In this document: positions 1 through 11,738 of the stretch, piece after piece
Layout: each line of letters opens with the position of its first letter
How positions within the stretch are numbered: the stretch's first letter is position 1
Origin: Hypanus sabinus
Taxonomy: Eukaryota
DNA: 64,000 nt
Direction of reading: 5' to 3'
NCBI RefSeq assembly: GCF_030144855.1
Contig: NC_082714.1
Span: 31,682,001 to 31,746,000 of the forward strand
Translations under genes and position numbers: made by a program
Notes under the pieces: generated by a model
The model's input: the letters and a program-made list of their open reading frames with translations, nothing else
The model's database searches: none
What the model was told of the DNA's origin: nothing

Positions 1-759
1 ATATTCGGAATTTTCTGCCCAACAGAACAGTGGTGGTCAGTTGCTAAATGTATTCAAGACATATTCATACATTTATAGATATTACGCGAATCAAGAGATG
101 TGGGTTAGTGCAGGACGTTGGAACCAAGGTGAAAGATGATTACGTTATGTTAAATGATGCAGCAGGCACAATAAACTGGATGTTATTTCTGCTTGTTTAT
201 TCAACATTTTACGGAGAGAGAAAATAGAGGTAATAAATGACAATCAAAATTATCGGAAATGTTAATTCTATCTCTTCTTTAATTCTCATTTCATAAGTGC
301 TTTCTCAGCTATTTTATTTTAGAAAATAGATAGGTATGTGAAATATTTTTTGTGTGTCCATAGATGGACCCTGACCTGTTGAGTATTATTTTCCGTTGGA
401 AAGAAATATAGTTAACTTTTAAGTTCAATGTCCATTCCTTCAAAAACTGATTTGATGACAGGCTATCGGCCTGAACGTTCTTTTTAGCTTTACAGATACC
501 ACCTGACCTGCTGTGCACGTTCAGAGATTTTCTCTTGCTTCAGAACAGCTCGTTTATAATTTAAGAAACAGGGGCTGTGAGCTCAAAAAAAACTTTATTT
601 GAGAAAGTTGTTAAGTTGCATTAAGGCCACAAGAGTTCTGTTCTAAAAATCGGTGAAGGCGTAAAATACCATCTAAAGAGCAGGAAGTATTGATGGGAGA
701 AGTCTCGGTGGAATGTTATGCTATTGTCTGTTAAAAAGTACTTTAAGCTATTTCACATC

Positions 760-975
760 TGACGCACCATCAATAACTCTCTGAGACATGAGGCGAGATA
801 GCGGCCTATATTGGCTGGAAGAAAGAACAAGCAGCACCTGACCACTGCACTGCATCCTGGAGACTGAGCCGGGGGCGGAGTCTCCAATTGCCTTTATACC
901 GGAGTCTGTGGGAGGAGCCACAGGAGCAGTCAGCGTTGGGGGGCGTGTCCAGACAGGTATATGTAGTTCACCACA
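760..975 (-). mobile_element. Solo LTR (Gypsy-like), copy 1
   Basis: TG...CA termini; 5-bp TSD ACATC at 755-759 and 976-980; TATAAA on minus strand; close paralog at 2094-2316. Confidence 0.8.
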
Positions 976-2093
976 ACATCTACTTTCATTCTGGAGTATC
1001 TCCCTCTGTAACCTCTGCTTTTAAAATTCAAAAGTAAGTTTTACTCCAAAGTTAAAATAATATTTTTTAACTATTAATGCCCTAATTCGTGAATTTTATA
1101 CAAAATAATTTTGTATCTGAAAATATCAGGATGACAGATATTAAAAACAAGAGACATATTCAAATCATTAACCAAGAGTTTGTTTTGAACTGTGCATTGG
1201 AAAGCATAATTATATTGTATTCCTTAAGACTGCGCAAATTAGAATGAGATTAATAACCAGTTAATACTAGTTATATTAGCTAAGAAATACATATTGTATA
1301 AGAAATCATGGGAATTAGAAGTATCTGATTTCCCACCAGATCCTGCATATTCATTAATCCTGTTCTTGCTGCCACTGGCCTCATCTACAACCCAAAGCTC
1401 TACTCATTTCAAATATTAAGTCTCCTGCTTAAAACACCCCACAAGTTAAATTCACCTATACATTCCTTTAAGATTTTCTCCCTCAATTCTCCTAAATCCT
1501 GTCTGACTTTGAAATGCTGAGAGGTGCTTTTCATTTAAGAGTTGATTGTTTTGCTGTGAAAGTATGCAAGCAGCCTTTAGGAGTTTAAGCTGTTCTCTAC
1601 ATAACAGAATTCGAACGTGGTCAGATAAAGTCTTGGGACAATCAGGTTCCTTGCTTAACTTCTTGTTTACAAATAACACAATTCCATCTTTAAATTCAAA
1701 TATATTTACAGAATAATTCAAAACTTGCCCAGTTTGTTCTTACTCTGAGGAGGAGATTTGCTAAAACCCACAAGTGTCAATGTTAGTGCACCTCTTTTGG
1801 TATAGTACATATTGTAACCTTTACTTTGCATCAGGATTTGGCTGACAATACCATTCTAGTTCACAATGAACTTTACTGAATTAAAGATAAGTCTGCAATA
1901 TTGAAACACACTCAAAGAAAATAATTTTAACAGCTGGTACAGATATTAGTATCCCTGCATTTCGCAAAAGGATTTAGATTCCATCCATTGTTATGTCGCA
2001 GGAGTAATTCAGCATGTCAGCTTCCTTCTTTCTTCTCCATTTTGTCTCTGAGACTTTTTCTTTCGTAACTGTCGCACTTTATTACTTTAGATG

Positions 2094-2316
2094 TGATGCA
2101 CCATCAATAACTCTCTGAGACATGAGGCAAGATATCAGCTTTTATTGACTGGAAGAAAGAACAAGCAGCAATTGACCACCATGCTACATCCTGGAGACTG
2201 AGAGGCAGGGCTCAGGCCCCAATCGCTTTTATACCGGGGTCTGTGGGAGGAGCCATAGGAGCAGTCAGCGGGGGCGGGGGGGGGCGTGTCCAGACAGGTA
2301 TATGTAGTTCACCACA
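2094..2316 (-). mobile_element. Solo LTR (same family), copy 2
   Basis: TG...CA termini; own 5-bp TSD AGATG at 2089-2093 and 2317-2321; TATAAA and AATAAA on minus strand. Confidence 0.8.
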
Positions 2317-3519
2317 AGATGCTGGTGAATCCTCACGTCAATCACCCACCTTTTCATTGCCCAGTTTCTATTCAGATGTGGCAAACCACATGACAGGGCA
2401 GTATCCTACCAAGATAGTACTCTTTATTTGTCATATTGCAAAGAAATGAACTGACCTTGTTCTGTATTTAGTACAATTAAATAAACTATGAAACATTTAT
2501 ATTATTAATTAATATAAAGATTACATATCTGTACATGCTCTGGTTTATTTTAATTAACATTATCATTCAATTCAATTTTAATTTTTGTCAAAATACCTTT
2601 ATATATTTCTTAAATTTAGGAACACATTACCTGACAAAATTAATGTTTCTGATCAATTCTACACTTGTTTTGGGTCCATAAAAAGGGTGTATGAGGGGGT
2701 GGTCCGGTGACCAGCTGTTCTTTCTGCTCTTTCAAACCTCCAAGGGTCTGGGTTGCAATCTGATCTCAGGTGCTGTCAGTGTAGAGCAACAAACAACATG
2801 CTGAAATAGCTCGGTGGGTTGAGCAGGATCTGTGGGAGAAAAGGAATTGTAAGCGTTTTGGGTGGAAACCCAGGGTTGTTGCTCCGGTTTCGAGCATCTG
2901 CAATCTCTTGTGTGCCAAGCTGTCAGTGCAAAATGTACATGTTCTCTGTGACTGCATGGGTTCCTTCTGGTTTCCTCATTTAATCTCAAGTGTATGGTAA
3001 TTGGCTACTGAAAATAATCCCTAGCAAAATCAATCAATGGGCAATTGATGGGAATATGTTAGTGAGAATACTTTGTAGGAGTGTAGAGAAAGTAGAGTAA
3101 GGGTACTGAGACTGATGGAACTGCTCCCCTGGGAATTGGTATCAATCTTCTTTCCATATTATTAATAGATAAAATTATCCCAGAGATAGTGCCTTCTATG
3201 ATTCACTAACAATGGAAAATTGATTTATGCAAATTCATCAACTGCTGCGGCATTTTTTGACTGCTATTATTATCTCAATTCTTTATTTCAAAAAAACAGT
3301 AACAAGTGCTATGATGTTCAATATATTCATCAAGCATCAGTTATTACATCACCTCTCATGAATTTTGAATTAGTTTTCAGTTTAAGCAAAGTAAATTCCC
3401 AATAGCATTTTTATTGATGTAATTATTGGTAAGTTACAGAGATCAAGTTCATGTACCATAATATATTTTCAAAAATTATACTTGGTAACTTCTACTGAAG
3501 CTTCCCGGTATTCCCAGTT

Positions 3520-3644
3520 TATGCAAGAAAATTGTAGACTTGGAAGGGGGAAATGTTTATGATCTATCCACTGAAATCTCAATCTTTTATGAGTGGTTAG
3601 ATCATAAACATATCCCCCTTCCAAGTCTACAATTTTCTTGGATA
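3520..3644. repeat. Near-perfect inverted repeat / hairpin (possible MITE)
   Basis: 3524-3566 is the reverse complement of 3598-3640 with 1 mismatch; stem extends to 3572/3592; 19-nt loop; TA at both outer ends. Confidence 0.85.
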
Positions 3645-4323
3645 ATTTTCCAATTAATAGAATGTGCTCCTTAAGCTAATAATTAGTCTAGTAGCCCTCA
3701 TCTGAACTGTTCAATAGCTTTCAAAACCGGAAGCATTTTTATTGATATAACCAGTTCAAAACAACTATAGGAAACAGATTCAACATATAGTTTATTTAAA
3801 ATTGTTCTATCTGTGCATACTAGCATTGTATTTTATTTTCAGTGTCCTAGCACTAATGATCATGTACTGAATTGTGGACTATTACTCTGTAGCCTTAAAT
3901 GGACAGCCAAAAATTGATCACTGTAATTGACTATAGTGCTTTGAGTATTAAGAAAATGCAATTCGGTTAGCAGCTGTCTGATATCAAATCAGTTTATGAG
4001 TAAAATATATTACAAAAATACAATGCATGAGTATAATTAATGTGCCATTTCAAAAGGAGCCACCATACAAATCCATGAAAATTCATAATAATAAAGTACT
4101 GAAATACACAACAAAGTTTAATTATCAGTTTTCAAATTAGTATGACATGATTAAATTTATAAGTTATGAGTATTGTACAAAAAATAGATTCTGCAAGACT
4201 ATCTTAGTCATTAAAATTGCAGTATCCTCATAATTGGTCATATAAATATTTCTATGTTATATTTTGTAACAATCATTACAAATATGTCAAACTTATTTTA
4301 ATATATGTCACACAAGTGTTTTC

Positions 4324-4329
4324 TTTATT
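4324..4329 (-). terminator. Candidate PTX4 polyadenylation signal (AATAAA)
   Basis: First AATAAA noted on the minus strand, about 190 nt past the PTX4 stop; AT-rich context makes it uncertain. Confidence 0.4.
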
Positions 4330-4519
4330 GTACTTGTTTATAATCCCACTATAATCACAAAGCTAGACAAATAATAGTTTGATTTCTGAAGTTATTAATT
4401 TTAAACTGTAAATCAGATTGCTGGGGATAAATAATTCAATTAAATTTCCATATGGTAAACTTTGCCTATGACCACAAAGGCTGTATATTGTTAATGAATC
4501 CCTATGCAATACATTGGTT

Positions 4520-5160
4520 TTAATAACAATCATCTAGGCATGTACAATTAAAATGCTGAATAGCACCACTGAGAGTGGAAATATCATTGAAAGTTAAAAC
4601 TCTGCCTCCAGGTAATGCCTTTCCTGTAGTAATGCCTGAGATTTCCCCAGGAGACAAAGCACGGTTCCAAATTGTAAATCCGGCCAAATTTCCCACAAAG
4701 GACTCAGTATTATCAAATCCCCCTCCCATTTTATCCTGTTCCTGACCTATTATAAGTATTCCACCAGCTGGAATCTCATATCCTTTTTGAAATTTGGATC
4801 CAGCTGCTATCAGACGTCTGTCTATATAGTACCAGTATCTACCCTCAAAGGAAGACCATATAATGCAGACGTGATGCCAGTGGCCATCTAAGAGTGGAAT
4901 CACAGGAAGTTCCCTGAATGCTGGATCTCCAATTACAAAATGAATAGTGCTCTGTTTGCTTGTATTTCTGCCGTGCAGTACCAATTTGTTGTCATTATCT
5001 TCTGTGGCATAGGATAATATGGTTCCTAAGTAATTTGAATTGGTGCTGATCCAAGAGCAGATAGTCATTTCAAAGAGCCCAGTTGAAAAACCTCTGCTGA
5101 AACTTGCATAGTTTTCAATGGAAGAATTGGGAAAATGCATCATTGATTTCACATTACAGA
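4520..5160 (-). CDS. PTX4: Pentraxin 4, coding exon 3 (pentraxin domain, stop codon)
   Basis: Translation CNVKSMMHFPNSS...LGTILSYATEDNDNKLVLHGR...IHFVIGDPAFRELP...WHHVCIIWSS...GQEQD...NCTCLDDCY* matches the recalled PTX4 pentraxin domain; acceptor ttttcttgtattacAG at 5162-5161, phase 1. Confidence 0.95.
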
Positions 5161-6239
5161 CTGTAATACAAGAAAACAAATAAATAATAAATATGCATAG
5201 TATGAATAACAAAAAGGCATTCTGTTCAACATATATGCAATTGTTATTTGATCCCTATTTTACAGACTAACTTTTGATGCTTTGGCACCAAACATGCTTG
5301 AATGGTTAGAGTCTTTCATATGATTCTAACATCTGTTAAGTTATAACTATTTACATCATGTAGTAATGCATTTTTGTGTATATATTTATATCGGTTTTAA
5401 GGGATATTTTGTTGCATTCTGTAAACAAATTTAAGAGTTTTTGATAGAAATTTTAAAATTATGTAAGGATTTCAGAAGCTGAATTGTGAAGGATTTTTTA
5501 TGTTTGTGGATCTTTCAGAAATTGCATAGCCCTTGGATTATCAGAGGAAAAATCAGAGGAAAAGTTTTCATAGAAGGAATTGTTCTAGTATAGAATATTT
5601 CACCTCAAGACTTGTGTAACAGAGATTGTTGTACAATGTATTCCATTTGATCCCATTTGTAGAGTACTGACAATTTTAAGTTTTATTGTGGATTTCCATT
5701 ATTTGAACAGTTTGACTGAAATTCTTAGAAATTACAAAGAAAGCTTTGCAAATCATGCTGGATCTTATGGATGATATACAATTCTACTTCCCAGAGAGAT
5801 TTTATAATACATATTCTCATTTATCTCTTATATGCTTAAACTTGGGAATGCAAAGTAAGTAGAGGACAAACAATATTACAGTAATGATAACTGAACCAAT
5901 TCCTGATGAGCAGTTCATAGTAGCACAGGAATGAATGTTTGTCTCATGTTGAGCTTAATATTATAATTACAACACAGCACATAATATCAATCAGAATGTA
6001 TTCTTGGTTGAGATAGAGTTGTTAAATTGAAGCCCAAATTCTGGTTTACACCTGTCTTAACTTTGCACAACTGTACACGTATTCAGCGACAAAAGAGTGC
6101 ATGTACAAGTGCTATTTAGAGGAAGTATTTAAAAATCAGCATATAATTGTACATCAAGTGCTGAAGGTTGTTGCCCTCATTTCAAGTGTTGCTTTCAAGC
6201 ACCTGGTTATTCTGTCCCAATCATATTGCACAATTGGAG

Positions 6240-6780
6240 TGCAGCATTACTTGGAAAATTAACTGAGGGCATGCAGAGTAGGACAAGCTACTACAAATAG
6301 GAATCCTCAGTAATGGGGCAAATTCAACAAATATGTTCAGAGAGCAGTTTCCCTAAATGAAATTCATGAAGAAACAAACTATGAGACATATGCACCTCAG
6401 CAGGAATACCTCCAATGTAATATTCAAGTGCAAGTTGCTTAGTCAATGCCAAGACTTTGAAGCTTATGCCTCAAATGTCTTCCCTGCTAGATCTGGCTAA
6501 TATCTCACAGTTAATCTTTACTACTGCAGAACCATGCCAAAATTCTGTTTCAGGAGCAAAAGGTGAAGTTAAAGGCATCCTTGCAATATTTGGATTTCTC
6601 CATGGTGCTGGGTGTCATTGACTGTGTCAGTCCGGATTTATTAACACACATGTCAATTTGTATGTACCACAAACAGAATGGTTTATAGCCCTTCACTGGT
6701 GTATGCCCACATAAAGTGCCTCAGGGAACGTTTATCGGTGTATTGCTGGTGTGCAAAGCAAGGCCAAGTGTGCTTGCACA
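6240..6780 (+). mobile_element. Highly decayed PIF/Harbinger-like transposase fragment
   Basis: Broken reading frames give DLANISQ (~6490-6510) and GF/SMVLGVIDC (~6592-6625), resembling HARBI1-type GFPxVxGAIDC motifs. Confidence 0.4.
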
Positions 6781-6784
6781 CAAG

Positions 6785-7983
6785 TCAGAATCAGAATCAG
6801 GTTTAATATCACTGGCATGTGTCATTAAATTAGTTATAAATGTGATTATATTACATGAATAGTGCAAAAAGAGAAAAAAATAGTGAGGTGGTGTTCATGG
6901 GTTCAATGTCCATTCAGAAATCTGATGGCAGAGAGGAAGAAGCTGTAACTGAATCATTGGGTCTTTAGGCACCAGTACTTCCTCTCTGATGGTAGCAATG
7001 AGAACACGGTGTGTCCTGGGTGATGGGGGGGGGGTGGTCCTGGGTGATGGGGGTGGTCCTTAATAATGAAGGCTGCCTTTTTGAGGCATCACTCCTTGAA
7101 AATGTTCTGGATGCTGGGAAGGCAAGAGCCCATGATGGAGCTGACTGAGTTCACAACTTTCTGCAGCTTATTTTGATCCTGTGCAGTGCCTCCCCCCACC
7201 CCCCATGCCAGTCAGAGATGTAGCCATTTAGAAAGCTCTCCACAGTTACATCTGTAGAAATTTCTGAGTGTCTTTTGTGACATACTAGATCTCCTCAAAC
7301 TCCTAATGAAATATAGCCAGTCATGCCTTCTTTGCAACTGCATCGATATGTTGTGCCCAATACAGATCCTCAGAGATGTTGACACACAGGAACTTGAAAC
7401 TGCTTACCCTTTCCACTACCGGTACGAAGACTGGTGTGTGTGCCCTCATCTTAACGTTTCTGAAGTCCACAACTAATTCTTCGGACTTACTGACATTGAG
7501 TTCAAATAAGTTGCTGCAACACCACTCAACCAGCTGATCTGCCTTGCTCTTGTACACCTCCTCATCACCATCTGAATTTCTGCCAACAATAATTGTGTCA
7601 TCTGCAAATTTATAGCTGGCATTTGAGCTGTGCCTAGCCGCACAATCGTGGTTGTAGAGAGAGTAGAGCAGTGGACTAAACACATATCCTTGTGGTGCAT
7701 CAGTGTCGATTATCAGCAAGGTGGAAATGTTATTTCTGATCCGTACAGACTGTGGTTTTCCACTGAAGAGGTCGAGGATCCAGTTGCAGAGTGAAGTACA
7801 GAGACCCAGGTTTTGGAATTTTTTGATCAGAACTGTAGGAATGTTTGTGTTAAATGTTGAGCTGTAGTCAACGAACAGCAGCCTGACATAAGTATTAGCA
7901 CTGTCCAGGTGGTCCAAGGGCCAATGAAATCACATGAACTATAGACCTATTGTTGTGATTGGAAAATTGCAGTGGGTCCAGGT
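6785..7983 (-). mobile_element. Rex1/Babar LINE, 5'-truncated
   Basis: ORF 7321-7917 has RT motifs LFVDYSSTFNT, PQGYVFSPLLY, KFADD; (TCTGAT)n 3' tail at ~6785-6800. Confidence 0.85.
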
Positions 7984-9200
7984 CACAAGTCACTGAGAAT
8001 CAATTTGCAGGTCCAGTAAGCATTAGAAGGCAAATGGTATACAGGCCTTTATGATGAGAGGATCTGAATCTTACGGTAATTGTATTTCAACTGGGTGAGG
8101 CCACAGTTGGGAGTATTGTGTGTTTTTTTATCTGTTGTCATGAGAAAGGATGTAATTTCCAAGGAAGGACTGCAGTGATATGAAAGGTTGGTGATGAAAC
8201 ATATCAGCTCCTGCCTGTGAGGTGACTTGGATCTGCTCCAATTTGCCTACTGGAGAAACAAGTCCACGGCAGATGCCATCTCATTGGCTCGTTACTCAAA
8301 TCCTGAACACCTGGTTCAAGAGATGGAAAAGTTTGTTGCACGTGGAGAGTTGAGTGGAATGGCACTCAACTCTGGAGCTTAAAAGAACAAAAACTCTCAC
8401 TGAAGTTCCAAAATTCTAAGAAGGCTCCACAAGCTGGATGTAGTGGAGGTCTGGCAGCAACGTCTACAACCAAGGCTCAGAGACTAGGAATAAAGGAAGT
8501 GTCAGTACCTCCAGTTGAACTCTGTCTTTTTGTGTGTTTCCCCCTAGCTGTCAGTCTGTGGTTTTGTATTGCCATGTGCTCCTGTCCCCACTCCTGCTCT
8601 ACTCTGGCCCCTGTATTACTGAGCACTCTGTCTCTCATCTGCTTCTCATTATTACCTGTTTTGCTGCCACCTGTGTCTCATTCTGCTCCACCTATCATCT
8701 GCCTCTCTGTTTATTGCTCAGTGTATTCCAGTCCTGTGTTTTCACCTGTTTGTTGCCAGATTGTACCAGTGAATTTTCCTGAGTCCTTCTTACATTTGTA
8801 TCTGTACTCTGTCTGTCCGAATAGCGACTCTGCCTGTTTCCTGATTCTGGTTTTTGGATTTCTCTGGATGTTTTGATCTCTGCCTGAAGTTTGACGCCAA
8901 CTTCATTTGCACCTTGGGGTTTGGTACTCAATTAATATCACTCTGCGCGCAGTACTGGGTCTGCGATTGAATCCCTGACAGGAAGGCCGTTTAGGATTGA
9001 GTTGAGAAGAAATTTCTCCATGTTGAAGGAGGTGAATTTTCAGAATTCTCTACCCAAGAAGGCTGTGGAGGATCAGTCAAAGAGTTCATTCATAAAAGAT
9101 AAGAATAAGAAATTTGAGAATAGTACAGGAAAATAACAGAGGCAGATTAGCCATGACCTTGATGGAAGGTGGAAGAGACTCAACAGACCAGATTATTTCT
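7984..9200 (+). mobile_element. Decayed CR1-like LINE 3' portion, interrupted by a Rex1 fragment and a solo LTR
   Basis: Remnants of LVRPxLEYCV and RIRGRPFR..R.NFF motifs typical of the CR1 ORF2 C-terminus. Confidence 0.6.
8500..8980 (+). mobile_element. Solo LTR (Gypsy-like), 481 bp
   Basis: Termini TGTCAG...CTGACA; 5-bp TSD GGAAG at 8495-8499 and 8981-8985; inserted into CR1 remnant; strand assignment tentative. Confidence 0.8.
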
Positions 9201-10641
9201 TCTTCTTTAGAATCAGATCCAGGAAAAGGTGGTTTCTGAACAACAAATACCTTCCATTGATGAAATGCCTCTTGACTCAATTCCTGCAGAGGTACACAGC
9301 ACCCTACATCTTACCTTCTTAAAATGATATGCCATGTAAAAGAGTAACCTCAATTTCAATTTCACTGAAGTTGACAAAATCTTATTCATCACTAGCAAAT
9401 GTCATTTCGTTCCATCCTTTTCTGTGGAGTAATTTCCCAGTGCAAACAACTTTTCCTCATAACTCAGCCCTCAAATTTCCAGAAGTACTATACTTGTTTT
9501 AACTCCGTGAAATAATTCTGCATTTTTCCCTGTATACAGAAAACAAAATCTACAATGTACACAGTATACTTACACGTGACGTCAAAGTGATCAACACTAC
9601 AGTAATTCCGAATGACAAGTCACATTCGTGGGTATCCATTCATCATTTTGTTTTCTCACCTGAGGATGCTGAACATATAATTTGAATCGCCTTGTACAGG
9701 TTCACGAAGATCCGCATATTTCTTTCCTGAGTATAAATACTGGACTGGTGAAAGTGTTTCTGCATTTTACTAAATAAGTTTTAATTTTTCACTGCGAACC
9801 ACGTAAACCTCATTTTCTCATTATCCACTTACTATCCATCGATCAAAAGTAGTTGTATATATTTACTTACTTAGAGACACAGCGTGGAACATCCGCGCCA
9901 TCACAGGACATTTTACAATGACCATTTAATCTACCAACCTGTATGTTTTTGGACCGCGGGAGGAAACCCTGTTTAATTACATTTCTACTCTTTTGCATTT
10001 ACAGAATGTTAACCAAGACACTTAATGGAAGTAATTTAGCAGCAACTGTACACTGGGTTATTTCTGACCTTTCATCATTCTGCCTGCTGGGTTCTTGAAC
10101 ACATTACTATTCTGAGATTGGGTGTTGTGGGCGGGGTAGTACTAAAGTGTCCGCGCTGTATAGCAATTATAGCGAAACATTTAATCGTTCCAATGCTGTA
10201 TAAATGGGATACAGAATGACCTGTCCATAAGCACTCCTCACCCGCTGCCTTGATTAAATCACTAATTGCTTTTACAAAACATACAGTTATGTCATTTTCG
10301 ATTTTTTAAAAATCCTGATTTAAGTATTAGCTATCTATTACCATCTCAATGCAAGAGTCAAATCCCCTTCGCTTTAACGGGGTAAGAGTTACAGCCGAAT
10401 GATTTATTAACTCGATTTTTTTAAACTTTGCTTTGGAATTGGAGGGAGGTTGGGTTAAATTATTGCAGCGGACAACCATTAAATTACATGTTAAGGGAAA
10501 TTCCAAGATGATTTACATAAACAAAGGAGAATCTGAAATTATAATCTGGGAAGAATGACGTTTGGTTGGTTCGTGTTAAACCTTTAAATAGCCTTGTAAA
10601 CATAGAACCTGCGCCAGATTGCTAGGAGAATTTTGACATAC

Positions 10642-11224
10642 TTGACCCTTCTTTTCTGGGCATTCGCTGCTTGCCCCTGGGCGGTTGGTTAAAGGACTTC
10701 GTATGGGGGCCTCGCGGCTCGGACAAATCAACGGAACTGGGTTTGGCCGAGAGCGCGCCATTCTGCAAAGCGCCCTTCATCTGATCCTGAAACCTTGCTA
10801 TCTTAACATGTTGCCCCCTAACTTCTTCTTGAATACTCTCTACTTCCTTTCGCAGTTTCTTCTTGCCCGCAGCCAAGGAGATGATTTCATTCCTCTGATG
10901 TTTTACTTCGGCTGTCAGGTTAGACGTGATCTCGCTCTGGTCTTTCTTGTCTTTCAGGATTTGCTTGCTTCGCTCATTGAAGACTTTCTCTAAGGTTGAC
11001 ATTTTCAGGTCAATCTTCCTGGTTTCCTTCTGTAATTTTTTGATCCATGATTTCAAGCTCCTGATGTCGTTTTCTGTAACCGTTTGGAAGCCCTGCACCA
11101 TTGCTGTGATATTATTGTACTGTTCTGTCAGAGATTGAAGGCGGGCGTCCATGTTAGAAGACGCATTGAAGTTCTCAGAAATTATTTGCAAACGTGTCAA
11201 GCTAATTTCTTGAAATCGGCGGAA
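10642..11224 (-). CDS. PTX4: Pentraxin 4, coding exon 2 (N-terminal coiled-coil region)
   Basis: Acceptor cccacAG then FRRFQEISLTRLQIISENFNASSNMDARLQSL...LKSWIKKLQKETRKIDLK; donor TCAA|GTATGT at 10641 (phase 1, joins exon 3 to give I-CNV); 583 nt. Confidence 0.9.
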
Positions 11225-11505
11225 CTGTGGGAATAATGTGGGGGAGAATACGCATTACAACAAGAAATAGCAACAGATGAAGTTTACGGGATATATTCGC
11301 TCGGACTACCCTGACAGAGATCCCAGAAGCTCCCAGTTTAACACTGTAAATTCTAGGACATTCGAGCATCGAAAATTGTTCCAATTCGCGTTTAAATTCT
11401 AAATATCCACCGGGAGAAATCGGAACGACCGCGCTTCTCACCCTGATGTGTACAGCGATCCGACCGACCAATTCCTCCGACCCTCCGAAGTCTGTTGGGA
11501 CCTAC

Positions 11506-11643
11506 CTGCTCTTCCAGGCGCCGAAACCGTTCGAAAAACGGTTTCCTCTGTTTTACAGCCTCAGGGTATTGTGAGCAGGTCATAGGTAGGTTACAACACA
11601 TCCACATCAGGAAAGTCCAAATAATCATTTTGCCGAAACCCAT
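11506..11643 (-). CDS. PTX4: Pentraxin 4, coding exon 1 (signal peptide)
   Basis: MGFGKMIIWTFLMWMCCNLPMTCSQYPEAVKQRKPFFERFRRLEEQ; RKPFFERxRRLEEQ is the recalled PTX4 N-terminal motif; aaaATGg Kozak; donor CAG|GTAGG; total CDS 1362 nt = 453 aa; an in-frame ATG 9 nt upstream is possible. Confidence 0.9.
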
Positions 11644-11730
11644 TTTTAACATTAGGATTCCTCTGTCACCCGCTTCAGGGTAGACCGATGACAAAGCCTG
11701 GAAATGGCTCGCTATGGCAAGCAATATTGC

Positions 11731-11738
11731 TTTATATA
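11731..11738 (-). promoter_or_regulatory. TATA box of PTX4
   Basis: TATATAAA on the minus strand about 90 nt upstream of the PTX4 ATG. Confidence 0.6.

Noticed and set aside
760-2316. Single LTR retrotransposon or TRIM bounded by two LTRs
   Set aside because: Each LTR has its own different TSD, and no PBS, PPT or coding remnant was seen between them
4520-5212. Stand-alone 230-aa short pentraxin (CRP/SAP-like) with signal peptide
   Set aside because: The hydrophobic N-terminus is translated polypyrimidine tract; the AG at 5162-5161 splices in frame to PTX4 exon 2
10622-10641. Premature stop making PTX4 a pseudogene
   Set aside because: The stop lies in the intron beyond the GTATGT donor at 10641
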